Shown here: positions 28,590-39,426 of the stretch, piece by piece | Numbering within the stretch: the first letter of the stretch is position 1 | Layout: each line of letters starts with the position of its first letter | Assembly: GCA_030647555.1 (NCBI GenBank) | Contig: JAUSJG010000008.1 | Span: 129,467 to 193,466, forward strand | Reading direction: 5' to 3' | Length of the DNA stretch: 64,000 nt | Origin: a bacterium | Lineage (GTDB): Bacteria > Patescibacteriota > Andersenbacteria > UBA10190 > CAIZMI01 | Translations under genes and position numbers: made by a program | The notes under the pieces: generated by a model | Told to the model about the DNA's origin: nothing | Seen by the model: the letters and a program-made list of their open reading frames with translations, nothing else | Database searches by the model: none

Positions 28590-29748
28590 TGTAATTATTT
28601 TTGCCGGGGCGCTTTATGACAGCAAGCTTTGGACGAATCGCCAACAGATCGCGACGCGTCTGGCCGAACGTGGTCACAAGGTTTTTTACGTAGAGCCGAG
28701 ACATTTTTGGTTAACAATGTTGTTGGGCCAATTTCCGGGCAGTGGCAGTCACTTACATTGGCTGTTCCGTAGTCACTGGCCCCACGAGGTTAGAAACAAT
28801 CTTTGGGTTATTTCGCAATTCAATGTGATGCCTTGGTCGCGGGAAGTAAATTGGATTTCTTTACTTAACCACTGGCTAAACGCGCCAACGGTTCATCTAC
28901 ACGCATTTCTTAGAGGTTTTAAAGATCCGGCAATTCTCATTTATGACACAGAAGCGGCGCAATATTTGGGTCGTTTTCCCAAATCCAGAATTGTTTATGA
29001 TTGTGTTGATGACCATCGTGTGCAAGCGGGGGTCAATCGTAATTCGGAAAGAGTTGAAGCGGAAGAAGTTTTGATTGCCAAGGCCGCGGATGCGATTAGT
29101 GTTACGACGGAAATATTATATGAGCGTTTTTCGAAACTGAATAAGAATGTAGTTCTTATTCCCAATGCCGCCGATATTAATCTGTTTAAAAACTTTTCGG
29201 GAAGCGAACCGGAGGATCTTAAAAATATTCCGCACCCAAGAATCGGAACGGTGGGCGCGTTGGACGTTTATAAGGTGGATTTTTCGATGTTATTTAATGT
29301 TGCCTCCAAACATCCCGAATGGCATTTTGTTTTGGTGGGGCCAGTGGAACACATTGGCGTTAGGAACGAAGGTTTGGGGATTACAAAATTGAAAGAACTT
29401 GCGAATGTGCATTTTTTGGGTGAAAAAAAGAAAGATGATGTTCCGGCTTACGTCCATAATTTCGATGTAGCAATTATTCCGTACGTGAAAAGTGATTATA
29501 ATGATGCCTCATTTCCCTTGAAATTTTGGGAATTCATGGTGAGCGGAAAGCCGGTGGTGGCGACGAATTTGCCCACATTGTCGAAATACCAATACCTCTT
29601 TTCGCTGACACGCAATGAAGAAGAATTTGAAAAGGGAATCGTTGTGGCTCTTCAAGAAAATGAAAAAAATAATGTTCCTCGCATTGCCGAAGCTGAACTG
29701 CATGATTGGAGTAAACGCGTCGACGCGATAGAAAAATTATTGCAATAA
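28579..29748 (+). CDS. GT4 glycosyltransferase (TuaH-like)
   Basis: VYDCVDDH, IPNAAD, PLKFWEF...GKPVVAT. Confidence 0.92.
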   Translation: MKRDVIIFAGALYDSKLWTNRQQIATRLAERGHKVFYVEPRHFWLTMLLGQFPGSGSHLHWLFRSHWPHEVRNNLWVISQFNVMPWSREVNWISLLNHWLNAPTVHLHAFLRGFKDPAILIYDTEAAQYLGRFPKSRIVYDCVDDHRVQAGVNRNSERVEAEEVLIAKAADAISVTTEILYERFSKLNKNVVLIPNAADINLFKNFSGSEPEDLKNIPHPRIGTVGALDVYKVDFSMLFNVASKHPEWHFVLVGPVEHIGVRNEGLGITKLKELANVHFLGEKKKDDVPAYVHNFDVAIIPYVKSDYNDASFPLKFWEFMVSGKPVVATNLPTLSKYQYLFSLTRNEEEFEKGIVVALQENEKNNVPRIAEAELHDWSKRVDAIEKLLQ

Positions 29749-29800
29749 AAAACCGTCCAGCGAGGGACGGGTGGGAGTCTGGTGACTGTGGAGCAAGCGC

Positions 29801-30277
29801 TTATGCGGGTTTTTGGGTTAAGGATTCGGCCAGCGAAAGAAAAGAGTTGCTCCAGACAACAGGGAGAAGCAGGTCATCCGTTTGGACGATGGTGACACCG
29901 CTGGTCTTCAAGTCGCGATACAACTTTTCTTCTTGAGGATTGATGGCAGACACGTTGATAACAACGGCAAAAGGAACATGGTTTGCAATGCAATGCAGAA
30001 TCATTGCCAGTTGCATTCCGATATTTTTCAGTTGGGCGTCAATGATATACGCTCCAAATGAAATTTTTCCAGCGAGGATCTCATCCCACGCCTGGTACGA
30101 GTTGAGTCGTGTTACGCCCTCATTGCCAGTCAGTTCCTCAAAATTCTGTTTAGCGGTGACGGACACCGCTTCCTCATCAGTTACAAGACAGATACTTACC
30201 CTAAGTAACGCATGAATGGTATTTTCAATTGCCACTGGAACCTGTTGCCGTCGAAACAAAGGGTTGCGTATGTCCAT
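29801..30277 (-). CDS. Hypothetical protein (possibly receiver-like alpha/beta)
   Basis: GGGAG SD; 158-aa ORF opposite to the operon. Confidence 0.55.
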   Translation of the reverse strand: MDIRNPLFRRQQVPVAIENTIHALLRVSICLVTDEEAVSVTAKQNFEELTGNEGVTRLNSYQAWDEILAGKISFGAYIIDAQLKNIGMQLAMILHCIANHVPFAVVINVSAINPQEEKLYRDLKTSGVTIVQTDDLLLPVVWSNSFLSLAESLTQKPA

Positions 30278-30368
30278 GTTTTATCTCCCATGTTGGATGT
30301 TTTGGAAACGATCAAACGCCACGGCATTATAATTTAATAATAGAAAAAGTCAATATTTTTTTGGTTAC

Positions 30369-30452
30369 AAGGTCGGACTGCCGAGCGGTCCGACCTTGAT
30401 TGGTGGTAATTAAACGTCCAATGCGGGTCGGACCGCTAAGCAGTCCGACCCG
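30369..30452. repeat. REP doublet
   Basis: Same GGTCGGAC/GTCCGACC pairs and linker as 6956-7044. Confidence 0.85.
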
Positions 30453-30490
30453 GCCTTTAAATAAACCGAGTTTCGGATTATATTGAAAAC

Positions 30491-31624
30491 GTGCATATCG
30501 CTCTAGACGGTTCAGACCTTTCAAGTACCAAATTCGACGGCACTACTGTTTATGTGCGAGAGCTTTTGCCGCGGTTGGCGCGTTTGTTGCATACGGCTGG
30601 TCACAAGGTGACAGTTTTTTCGCATTCGCCAATCGCACCCGAAGTTTTTGGTGATACAGCGGAAATTAATGTCACGCGCGGGCGGCGTTTTTGGACGCAG
30701 ACAGTGCTTTCGCGCGCGCTTTTTCGTGTAAAACCGGATTTACTTTTTTTGCCGATCCAAACAGTCCCATTGTACCGACCGTCAAACCTGAAAGTAGTTG
30801 CGACAATTCATGACCTGGATTTCTTGGCATATCCAAAAATGTACGAATGGAAAAATCGTCTTTTATTGCGCTGGTTTTCGCGTGTTGTTGTCAGAAATGC
30901 CACGAAGCTTATTGCTGTTTCGGAATATTCGCGAAAGGAAATTATGAAATTTTATGGACGCAGTCAGAACGATATTTCTGTTGTTTACCACGGATTCGAT
31001 CGAAAGAATTTTCGGCCACCGGTTTCAATGGAAGAAAAAGCGATGGCGCTAAATAATATTCAAAGAAAATATGCCATCCCCGGCAACACTGTTTTATTTG
31101 TGGGTGCGATGCAACCACGGAAAAATATTAACCGCTTAATAGACGCCTTCGAGCTGTATAAGGCGAGCGGTGACAAAGTAAATCTGGTTCTGGTTAGTGG
31201 CAATGGTTGGCGTGAAAAAGAAATTATGAAACGGATTCAAAATTCATCGATGTTAAAAGATATTCACGTGTTAAGAAAGGTGCCATATCGCGACTTAACG
31301 GCGTTGTATTGGAATGCCTCGGTTTCGGTGCTGGTGAGTATTGCCGAAGGTTTTGGTTTGCCGGTGCTGGAAGCAATGGCGTGCGGTGCGCCCGTGCTTA
31401 CGTCAAACACGACAGCTTTGGCTGAAATTGCGCATGGTGCCGCGCTGTTGGTTGAACCGAAAGATGGTAACGCAACCGCGAAGGGTTTGGAAAAAATCCT
31501 TACCGATTCACAAACAAAGAAGCGTCTTATTGAGGCTGGTTTTGATAGGGTGATTAGTTTTTCTTGGGACAAGTGTGCTCAAGAAACAGCGGTTGTTATT
31601 GAAAAAGCGCTCGAAATGGTATAG
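30491..31624 (+). CDS. GT4 glycosyltransferase (MtfB-like)
   Basis: TIHDL, PRKN, EGFGLPVLEAMACG. Confidence 0.95.
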   Translation: MHIALDGSDLSSTKFDGTTVYVRELLPRLARLLHTAGHKVTVFSHSPIAPEVFGDTAEINVTRGRRFWTQTVLSRALFRVKPDLLFLPIQTVPLYRPSNLKVVATIHDLDFLAYPKMYEWKNRLLLRWFSRVVVRNATKLIAVSEYSRKEIMKFYGRSQNDISVVYHGFDRKNFRPPVSMEEKAMALNNIQRKYAIPGNTVLFVGAMQPRKNINRLIDAFELYKASGDKVNLVLVSGNGWREKEIMKRIQNSSMLKDIHVLRKVPYRDLTALYWNASVSVLVSIAEGFGLPVLEAMACGAPVLTSNTTALAEIAHGAALLVEPKDGNATAKGLEKILTDSQTKKRLIEAGFDRVISFSWDKCAQETAVVIEKALEMV

Positions 31625-31636
31625 TGTGATTAACCA

Positions 31637-32518
31637 ATGAACGCATCAATAATTATCGTAAATTGGAATACCGGACCAATGTTGCGGGAATGTTTAGATT
31701 CGTTGCCTGGCGCGTTTTCAAATAATGAAGAATATGAAGTATTTGTCATTGATAACGCTTCAGTCGATCAAAGTGTCGCCATCGCCGAGGGGAGTCCGCA
31801 AAAAATTCAACTATTTAAAGTGAAAAAAAATCTGGGGTTTGCGAAAGCAAATAATATCGGAATTCGTCAATCAAAAGGGGATTACGTTATTCTTTTGAAT
31901 CCGGATACAGTGGCGACGGAAGGGTGTTTTACCAAATTGATCGCGTTTCTGCAAGAAAAACCTAAAGTAGCGGCGGTTGGTCCAAGACTACTTAATGCAG
32001 ACTTGTCTTGGCAACCTTCGTGTCGGAGTTTTCCGAGTGTTGGGGTGCTTGCGGCAATGTTTTTGAAACTTCCTCATTTTTTTCCAAATATGGTTGGTTA
32101 TCGAAAATATCTGATGAAAGATTTTACATACGAATCGGAGACAGTAGTTGATCAAATTATGGGAGCATGTATGGTTATTCCTCGAGATATGCTGGATCGG
32201 ATTGGTTTGTTGGATGAAAAATATTGGATTTGGTTTGAAGAAGTTGATTGGTGCCGGCGCGCCAAAGAGTTGGGATTAGAGATATGGTTTGCACCTGTTT
32301 CGGAAATCGTTCATTATGGCGGGGTATCATTTAAACAGGCATTCGTCCCGGTTCGGAAAGAATGGCGGTTTATGCGCTCGGCCTTGCGTTATGTACGAAA
32401 GCATATTGGAATCAGGCATTGGCTATTACTTTGCTTGATTGCTCCGTTGGGTTTGATTATTGACTCACTAACAATGATTGTATGGCTCAAGCCGTCGGCA
32501 AAAAATTCAACAAAGTAG
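31637..32518 (+). CDS. GT2 glycosyltransferase (WbbL-like)
   Basis: IVNWN, DNASVD, LLNPD, FEEVDWC. Confidence 0.95.
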   Translation: MNASIIIVNWNTGPMLRECLDSLPGAFSNNEEYEVFVIDNASVDQSVAIAEGSPQKIQLFKVKKNLGFAKANNIGIRQSKGDYVILLNPDTVATEGCFTKLIAFLQEKPKVAAVGPRLLNADLSWQPSCRSFPSVGVLAAMFLKLPHFFPNMVGYRKYLMKDFTYESETVVDQIMGACMVIPRDMLDRIGLLDEKYWIWFEEVDWCRRAKELGLEIWFAPVSEIVHYGGVSFKQAFVPVRKEWRFMRSALRYVRKHIGIRHWLLLCLIAPLGLIIDSLTMIVWLKPSAKNSTK

Positions 32519-33915
32519 GCGGACTGATAGAAATAGTTCTCATTGGTGTCGGTGCGCTGGCGCTCTTTTCGGCATTATTTTTTAGTGCGCAGGCGGGAAT
32601 ATTTATTTTGGGTGGTGCTTGGGCGGTGGCTTTATCTTGGAAATATCCTAAACAGGCATTTTGGATATTGTTGTTTTTTGTACCGCTTTTGCCGTTATTG
32701 AAAATAACGCAAACTTTGAGCGCGGTAACACCACTGAAAGATTTTATCATCGCTGCGTTATTTGTTCGGGTTGTCATTTATCCGATTTATCTTAAGCGGG
32801 ACCCGTATCGTCGTAATAATGTGCTATTGCCAATAATTTTTCTTGTTTGTTATGCGGTGCTGGCCGTATTGCGCGCGGATAGTCACGTGCTTGGTATACT
32901 TCGTTTAAGAGATATATTACTTTATATTCCAATGCTTTGGATTGGTCGCGCAATGATTGTGACGCGGAAGGATTTTACTGATTTTCTGAAAATTATTTTC
33001 GGTAGTGTGGGGCTGGTTTTGGTTCTTGCGTTGGCGCAATTTATATTTTTTACAGATGGAATGGTGTTGCGGTTTGATCCTTCGGACAGTTCCTGGATTA
33101 CCAGAGCATCAAGTGTTTTGGCACACCCAAATATTTTAGGCAGTTATTTGTTGTGTTTCCTGCCACTTACATTTTCTTTTTCGTTATTTAAATTTAAACC
33201 TGGCTGGAAATCAAAGATTGTGCTTTTGTTAAGTATTTTTGGCTTGATTACGGTTTACGCCACATATTCGCGTGGCGTTTGGATCGCCTTTATTGTCGGG
33301 GCTTTGTCTGCGGGCGTTTTGGTTGTATATCAAAAACGACAGTTATTTTATAAAGTTGTGTTGCCGATAATTTTAGTCGTTCTAATTTTGTTTCTTGCGA
33401 TTCCCCGTACGCGCAATCTCTTACGGACAGTTGTGGATCCAACATACGCCAGCAATCAGGCTCGAATTGGAATTATGGCATCATTGGTTTCAGAAATGTC
33501 TAATGTAGACGCGCTTTTGGGGCGTGGTTTAGGTGATATTTTTGAAAGTACAGATCGAAACATCAATATCTCAATTTCCGATATTGTTGCTAATAATGTG
33601 CAGAGTGTACAAACAGCAAAGGCACAGACTTTTGTGGATGATGCCGTGTTCAAGACCTGGATTGAAACAGGACTGTTTGGTCTTTTGATTGTCGGTTGGT
33701 TGGTTTGGAACATTGTCACAAATTCCTGGCGGTTAAATGTTGGGGGAAAATCGGTGGAAGAAAAATATTTTGGCATAGCGTTGTTTGCGACAACTGTTGG
33801 TTTGTTTGTATTGTCATTTTTTCTAGATATTCCGGAAACTTTTCCGGTGGCATTGTATTGGTGGACGTTGGTGGGAGTGGGGCAGGCGGTGCCGTGCTTA
33901 AAGAATGATGAATAA
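32482..33915 (+). CDS. O-antigen ligase/polymerase (Wzy_C) family
   Basis: RASSVLAHPN, TYSRGVW, GRGLG, IETGLFG. Confidence 0.9.
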   Translation: MAQAVGKKFNKVGGLIEIVLIGVGALALFSALFFSAQAGIFILGGAWAVALSWKYPKQAFWILLFFVPLLPLLKITQTLSAVTPLKDFIIAALFVRVVIYPIYLKRDPYRRNNVLLPIIFLVCYAVLAVLRADSHVLGILRLRDILLYIPMLWIGRAMIVTRKDFTDFLKIIFGSVGLVLVLALAQFIFFTDGMVLRFDPSDSSWITRASSVLAHPNILGSYLLCFLPLTFSFSLFKFKPGWKSKIVLLLSIFGLITVYATYSRGVWIAFIVGALSAGVLVVYQKRQLFYKVVLPIILVVLILFLAIPRTRNLLRTVVDPTYASNQARIGIMASLVSEMSNVDALLGRGLGDIFESTDRNINISISDIVANNVQSVQTAKAQTFVDDAVFKTWIETGLFGLLIVGWLVWNIVTNSWRLNVGGKSVEEKYFGIALFATTVGLFVLSFFLDIPETFPVALYWWTLVGVGQAVPCLKNDE

Positions 33916-34049
33916 TGATTATTGAATGATGAATACTCGCGGTGTTGCGACAAAAAGTCTCAATGGCGCTTGAAGGAGAATACGTGTCGTTGCCAGAAGT
34001 AGTTTGTCAATAACCGTTATTTGTGGCTAAATATAGAACAGAACATCAA

Positions 34050-35018
34050 ATGAAAGCCCATATCCAAATTGTTGGTTGGAATCATTACCATTACATCGGT
34101 ACGTGTATTTTGTCGTGTCAAAAACAGACCGTTTCGGTACCGATTATTTATATTGATAATGATTCAAAAGACGAGTCGGTGGCATATATTAGAAAGAATT
34201 ATCCGGATGTTGTGATTGTTGAAAACAAGGAAAATCGTGGGTATGCCGGTGGTCACAATGATGGTTTTAAAGTAATTAGCGACTCGGAAGTGGTTATCTG
34301 TCTTAATCCGGACGTTGTTCTGGAAAAAGATTTTGTCGAAAAAATATTGCAAAAATTTGAATCAGAAGGAAAAGTGGGTGCGGTGGTTCCGCTCTTGTTC
34401 CGCGGAAAATCGCGGGACAAGGAAGGCAAGATGCGAATTGTTGTTGATTCCTACGGGACAAGGTTACGAAAAAATTTGAATGTGGAAAATATTTTGGAAG
34501 GAGAGTTTTGGGAGGAAACTACTGCTAATCAGGGTCCGACCCTGTCTGCAGGGACGGACCCTGGCGCAACTAATTCGTTGCCACAACCTTGGGGTTTTAC
34601 GGGTGCGGCGGTGGCTTTTTCCAGAAATGCGATTAACGACCTGAAAGACGAAAAAGGAAATTTTTTTGATGAGGATTTGCATTCCTACCGCGAGGATGTG
34701 GATATATCATGGCGTTTGAATCGAAAGGGCTGGAAAATTGTGGGTGCGTCGGATGTGCGGGCTTGGCACGCGCGCGTGGCGCGCAAAGGCGAAATGAAAT
34801 CGGCAAATATTGTTCGCCTGTCGTGGCGGAACTATTTTCTGGTTGTTATTAAAAATGTCTCCACAGAAATGATTAAAAAGAACTGGTTTCCGTTCGGCGT
34901 GCAGATATTGGCGCGTATTGGTCAGTTTGTGGTTACGCCACAACTCTGGGGCGGTTTGGTGACGTTTTTAGGGCTTATTCCTTTATTTCTCAAGAAGCGC
35001 AAACGGGCGTTAATATAG
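34050..35018 (+). CDS. GT2 glycosyltransferase
   Basis: DNDSKD, LNPD, FFDED...EDVDISWR. Confidence 0.92.
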   Translation: MKAHIQIVGWNHYHYIGTCILSCQKQTVSVPIIYIDNDSKDESVAYIRKNYPDVVIVENKENRGYAGGHNDGFKVISDSEVVICLNPDVVLEKDFVEKILQKFESEGKVGAVVPLLFRGKSRDKEGKMRIVVDSYGTRLRKNLNVENILEGEFWEETTANQGPTLSAGTDPGATNSLPQPWGFTGAAVAFSRNAINDLKDEKGNFFDEDLHSYREDVDISWRLNRKGWKIVGASDVRAWHARVARKGEMKSANIVRLSWRNYFLVVIKNVSTEMIKKNWFPFGVQILARIGQFVVTPQLWGGLVTFLGLIPLFLKKRKRALI

Positions 35019-35031
35019 GAGTTACACTCAA

Positions 35032-35835
35032 ATGCCTAAATTTTCCATTGTTATTGTGAATTTTTATTCCGGCCTTCTTACAAAGGCTTGTATTCAATCG
35101 GTACGAAAGACGTATGCCGGTTCTGATTATGAAGTAATGGTGGTGGATAATGATTCTAAAGATGATAGTCGCGAGATCCTTACTTCGGAGATTGATAATA
35201 TAAAGGTGAAATTTACCGGAAAAAATCTTGGTTATGCCAAGGCGGTAAATATCGCGCTACGGGAAACGACCGGCGAATATATTATCTTGCTTAATCCGGA
35301 TATTATTGCGTTAAAAGGAGGTATCGCTGAATTGATCAAATTTATGGATGAAAATCCTAAGGTGGGAATTGCTTCCGGTCAATTAATAAATCCCAACGGG
35401 AGTGTTCAAGACTCCAGTTTTCGTTTTTATAAACCGATGACGATTTTGTATAGACGTACATTTTTCCGTTATTTGCCTCTTGCCAAGCGTCATTTGGATA
35501 AGATATTTATGCGCGATGTGGATTTTACAAAGAATCAGAAAGTCGATTGGGTTCTGGGGGCTTGCATGTGCATTAGACGATCGGCTGTAGAAAAAGTTGG
35601 TCCGATGGACGAACGCTTTTTTCTCTATTTTGAGGATATGGATTGGTGCCGTCGATTTTGGGAGCAGGGCTTCGAGGTATGGTATGTACCACAAGCCCGA
35701 TTCGCACATTATCACAAAAGAGAGTCGGCACAAGAACAGGGGGCATTTGCTTTTCTTAATCCCGTGGCGCGGATTCATATCGCATCGGGAATAAAATATT
35801 TTCTAAAATACCGGAAAAAAAATGGAGCTTCATAA
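35032..35835 (+). CDS. GT2 glycosyltransferase (WbbL-like)
   Basis: DNDSKD, LLNPD, FFLYFEDMDWC. Confidence 0.95.
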   Translation: MPKFSIVIVNFYSGLLTKACIQSVRKTYAGSDYEVMVVDNDSKDDSREILTSEIDNIKVKFTGKNLGYAKAVNIALRETTGEYIILLNPDIIALKGGIAELIKFMDENPKVGIASGQLINPNGSVQDSSFRFYKPMTILYRRTFFRYLPLAKRHLDKIFMRDVDFTKNQKVDWVLGACMCIRRSAVEKVGPMDERFFLYFEDMDWCRRFWEQGFEVWYVPQARFAHYHKRESAQEQGAFAFLNPVARIHIASGIKYFLKYRKKNGAS

Positions 35836-36541
35836 AATCGCCGTTCAGGGTTTTGAAGGTCCGCTTAATCTTCTTTTGGCGTTAATAGAAGAAGAAAAGC
35901 TTGATATTAATCGTGTCTCGTTAGCCCAGGTTACAAACCAGTATTTGGAAATTTTGCGAGGGTTAACCAACCAATCTCCGGAAGCAATCGCGGATTTTTT
36001 GGTCGTCGCGGCGCGGTTGATTTTGATTAAATCGCAACGATTAATGCCACAGTTTGAAATAACTCCCGAGGAAGAAAAAAACATTATTTCGCTGGAAGAG
36101 CAATTGCGAATTTATCAGCAGTACAGAGAACGGGCAAAATTATTACAGCAACTTTGGTTAAATAAAAATTCATTATTTGCTCGGGAAAGCTATTTGGGGA
36201 TAATGGTTTCGTTTTATCCACCACCCAATTTTACGGTTTTAAATTTGCAAGAATTGTTGCAAAACGTCGTAAGGACACTACCTGTTACGGAAAAAACAAA
36301 AGATGAAGCTCTCGCTAGGGTAATTTCCTTAGAACAAAGAATTGATGAAATCAAAGATAGAATTAAGAATGTGGCAGTAACATCATTTAGAGAGGCGGTA
36401 AGTGGTGCAAAAAAAGCGGACGTAGTCGTTTCTTTTTTAGCGCTACTGGAATTGGTGAAGCAACAAATTGTTTCGGTTGAGCAACAAGACTCATTTCACG
36501 ATATACTTATTCATAACAATAATATTCAAAACAATGCCTGA
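35822..36541 (+). CDS. scpA: Segregation and condensation protein A
   Basis: FEGPLNLLL, FLVVAARLILIKS, FLALLEL. Confidence 0.95.
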   Translation: MELHKIAVQGFEGPLNLLLALIEEEKLDINRVSLAQVTNQYLEILRGLTNQSPEAIADFLVVAARLILIKSQRLMPQFEITPEEEKNIISLEEQLRIYQQYRERAKLLQQLWLNKNSLFARESYLGIMVSFYPPPNFTVLNLQELLQNVVRTLPVTEKTKDEALARVISLEQRIDEIKDRIKNVAVTSFREAVSGAKKADVVVSFLALLELVKQQIVSVEQQDSFHDILIHNNNIQNNA

Positions 36542-37133
36542 CGAAATTACACCGGAAGAAGTTGCATCGGCCATTGAGGCATTATTGTTTATTTCGGGCG
36601 AACCGTTGGATGTAAAAACTATTACTTCTTTGTTGGAGTGTGATGAAGAACGTACCAATCTGGGGCTGGACGCGCTTACGGCAAGGATTTCTGTTGCCGG
36701 TGGTCTTAAATTATTGCGCGCGCCGGAAGGTGTTCAGCTGGTTACGAGCGATAAACAAACTCAATTGGTTGATCGTTTCCTCAAGCGCGGGACGCGGGAT
36801 CAACTCTCTCCGGCCGCGTCGGAAACGCTGGCAATTGTCGCTTATCGTGGTCCGATTCATCGCGCTGGCGTAGAGGCCATTAGGGGTGTTAATTGTTCTT
36901 TTACCTTGCGTTTGCTGGCCATGCGTGGTCTCGTAGATCGTTTTTCCAGTGAAAAGGATAGTCGTATCTTTTTGTATCGTGTAAACGCGGAATTTTTACG
37001 TCATCTGGGCTTAGTAAAAATCGAGGATCTTCCCGATTATCAAAATTTCAGGCAACATGAGGGAATGACTAATTTGGAAAAAATGGCCGATATTGCCGTC
37101 AATAAACCACCGGTTGAAGAAGAAACAAAATGA
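36534..37133 (+). CDS. scpB: Segregation and condensation protein B
   Basis: IEALLFISGEP, ETLAIVAYRGPI, IRGVN. Confidence 0.95.
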   Translation: MPDEITPEEVASAIEALLFISGEPLDVKTITSLLECDEERTNLGLDALTARISVAGGLKLLRAPEGVQLVTSDKQTQLVDRFLKRGTRDQLSPAASETLAIVAYRGPIHRAGVEAIRGVNCSFTLRLLAMRGLVDRFSSEKDSRIFLYRVNAEFLRHLGLVKIEDLPDYQNFRQHEGMTNLEKMADIAVNKPPVEEETK

Positions 37134-38056
37134 TCGCTCAAATTTTGGCATTATTTATGGGGTCTTTATTGAGTATCCCCGCACCACAGACCCTTAATGG
37201 TCCAGGGCAATTACTTACGGCAGTTTTTCCCGAGGGGCGAGTCCTTTCCGCGCAAACGGAAATTCGTGAAGGTTCTCCTGTTAGAAAGAATGATTCCGTC
37301 GATGTGAACGTAACCGCCGATTCGTATGTGGTTGTTGATGTCGGTTCCGGTTCCGTAATATCGGCGCGAAATCCTTCCGCGGTGCATCCCGTGGCCAGTC
37401 TTACAAAATTATTGACAGCCTTGACTGTAATGCAGAACGCCGACTTAAAAGATGAAGTGATTGTTGGATTAAATGCTGTGAAAGCGGGAAAAAGTGGGTC
37501 GGATATGAAATTGAAAGTTGGTGAAAAAATTAAACTCCAAGATTTGTTGGCAGGATTGTTAATAAATTCCGCGAATGACTCCGCCGTTGCGCTGGCGGAA
37601 CACGTTTCGGGTACGGAACCAAAGTTTGCCGAAACAATGAATAAAGTGGCGCAGAATTATGCTCTATCTCGTACGCATGTTATGAATGCGACCGGTTTCG
37701 ACAATAAACAACATTTTTCATCATCATATGATATGGGCTTACTGCTTCTTTACGCGTGGCGTGATCCTGTGTTGGGGGTGTATCTACGTTCATCCGCACT
37801 TACCGTAAGTTCAATTGACGGAAACATTCAGCATAAACTCAAGACAACAAATCGCTTGCTTGGCGAAAGAACGGATATTTTGGCGGGAAAAACCGGCTTC
37901 ACCGATGCTGCGGGGCAAAGTTTGGCGATTGTGGCGGAAAATGAGACGGGACACCCCGTAATAGTTGTGCTTTTGGGGAGCGAGGACCGTTTCGGCGAAG
38001 CGGATAAGTTGCTGGATTGGACGTTCCGCACTTTTAGTTGGCCGGAAAATAAATAA
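37130..38056 (+). CDS. D-alanyl-D-alanine carboxypeptidase (peptidase S11)
   Basis: SLTK, SAN, KTG motifs. Confidence 0.95.
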   Translation: MIAQILALFMGSLLSIPAPQTLNGPGQLLTAVFPEGRVLSAQTEIREGSPVRKNDSVDVNVTADSYVVVDVGSGSVISARNPSAVHPVASLTKLLTALTVMQNADLKDEVIVGLNAVKAGKSGSDMKLKVGEKIKLQDLLAGLLINSANDSAVALAEHVSGTEPKFAETMNKVAQNYALSRTHVMNATGFDNKQHFSSSYDMGLLLLYAWRDPVLGVYLRSSALTVSSIDGNIQHKLKTTNRLLGERTDILAGKTGFTDAAGQSLAIVAENETGHPVIVVLLGSEDRFGEADKLLDWTFRTFSWPENK

Positions 38057-38075
38057 CTTGTAATATATTAACAAT

Positions 38076-39152
38076 ATGATTCGTTTTTCCGACCCGTTGT
38101 TAGTTGCCCACACCGCCAAAATTTTGATTTTAACAATTGTTTCATTTGCGGTGGCAATTTTATCGACGCCACTCATGACGCACTTTCTTTTTAAGTACAA
38201 GTTTGCCAAGTCGATTCGTGAAGGTTCAACGCCAATTTATACCGCTCTGCACAAAAAAAAAGAGGGAACACCAACGAGTGGAGGAATAATAATTTGGGGT
38301 ACGGTGTTGGTGCTCGCTATTGGCTTGTCAATTTTAGGATCGATTTTTCCTGAAAGTATTTTTTCGTGGCTATCATTTTTGACACGTCGTGAAACACTTT
38401 TGCCGTTGGGCGCGTTAGTGGCGTGTGCTTTGGTGGGATTGGTTGATGATTACTGGAATGTCCGAAAAATCGGTCCATTTGGTGGGGGGTTAAGGATGAT
38501 GCACCGGATTATTGTTTATACGGTAATCGCGATAATTGGTGCCTGGTGGTTTTATTATAAACTGGGTTGGAACCAAATTCATGTTCCGGCGATTGGTGAT
38601 TTTATAATCGGTTTTTGGTACGTTCCGCTATTTATCTTTGTCATCGTGGCGACCGCCTTTTCGGTTAATGAGGCGGACGGCTTAGACGGTCTTGCGGGCG
38701 GAATAATGCTTTTCTGTTTCGGGGCTTTTGGAATAATCGCATTTTCGAAGGGAATGGTAGATTTGGCGGTTTTTTGTGGTGTGATTATCGGTGCGTTGCT
38801 GGCTTTTCTCTGGTTCAATGTATATCCGGCGCGCTTTATTATGGGGGATACCGGCGCGATGAGTTTGGGAACAACATTGGGAGTGATCGCGATGCTCACC
38901 GATTCGGTTTTAGTTTTACCAATTATCGGTCTGCCGTTGGTGATTGAGTCACTTTCCGTTATTATTCAAATTACCAGTAAAAAAATTCGACACAAGAAAG
39001 TTTTTCTTTCCGCGCCGATTCATCATCATTTTGAAGCACTCGGCTGGCCGGAAACAAAAGTGACAATGCGTTTTTGGATTATCGCCGCCATGTCCGCCAC
39101 CGTAGGAATTATTATCGGGATTATTGGTGGCGGGAAACAGTCGATATTGTAG
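38076..39152 (+). CDS. mraY: Phospho-N-acetylmuramoyl-pentapeptide transferase
   Basis: KEGTPTSGG, DDY, DGLDGL, FIMGDTG, APIHHHFE. Confidence 0.97.
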   Translation: MIRFSDPLLVAHTAKILILTIVSFAVAILSTPLMTHFLFKYKFAKSIREGSTPIYTALHKKKEGTPTSGGIIIWGTVLVLAIGLSILGSIFPESIFSWLSFLTRRETLLPLGALVACALVGLVDDYWNVRKIGPFGGGLRMMHRIIVYTVIAIIGAWWFYYKLGWNQIHVPAIGDFIIGFWYVPLFIFVIVATAFSVNEADGLDGLAGGIMLFCFGAFGIIAFSKGMVDLAVFCGVIIGALLAFLWFNVYPARFIMGDTGAMSLGTTLGVIAMLTDSVLVLPIIGLPLVIESLSVIIQITSKKIRHKKVFLSAPIHHHFEALGWPETKVTMRFWIIAAMSATVGIIIGIIGGGKQSIL

Positions 39153-39223
39153 GAGCACGAGAAGTAAAATTGTCGATTGAACTGGGTGTGAGCGTGTTTC
39201 CTGGTATTATTTATCAACTCCCC

Positions 39224-39392
39224 AAATTTTCAATTTTCAATTTTCAATTTTCAAAAAATTATCAATTACATAATTATCAATTACATAATTATCAATTACA
39301 TAATTATCAATAACATAATTATCAATAACGACGTCATTTGATAATTTATGATTTGAAAATTAATTGAAAATTGGTCATTGATAATTGAAATT
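39224..39392. repeat. AT-rich tandem/inverted repeat: TTTTCAA units, then five ~15-bp AATTATCAATWACAT units, then inverted units
   Basis: Read directly from the sequence. Confidence 0.9.
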
Positions 39393-39426
39393 TATTGTAT
39401 TCGGTGATTCAGTTCTATGTGCTATT

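Noticed and set aside
39265-39330. Tandem 15-bp repeats as a CRISPR array
   Set aside because: No unique spacers and the unit is too short; no array was found near csx3 either
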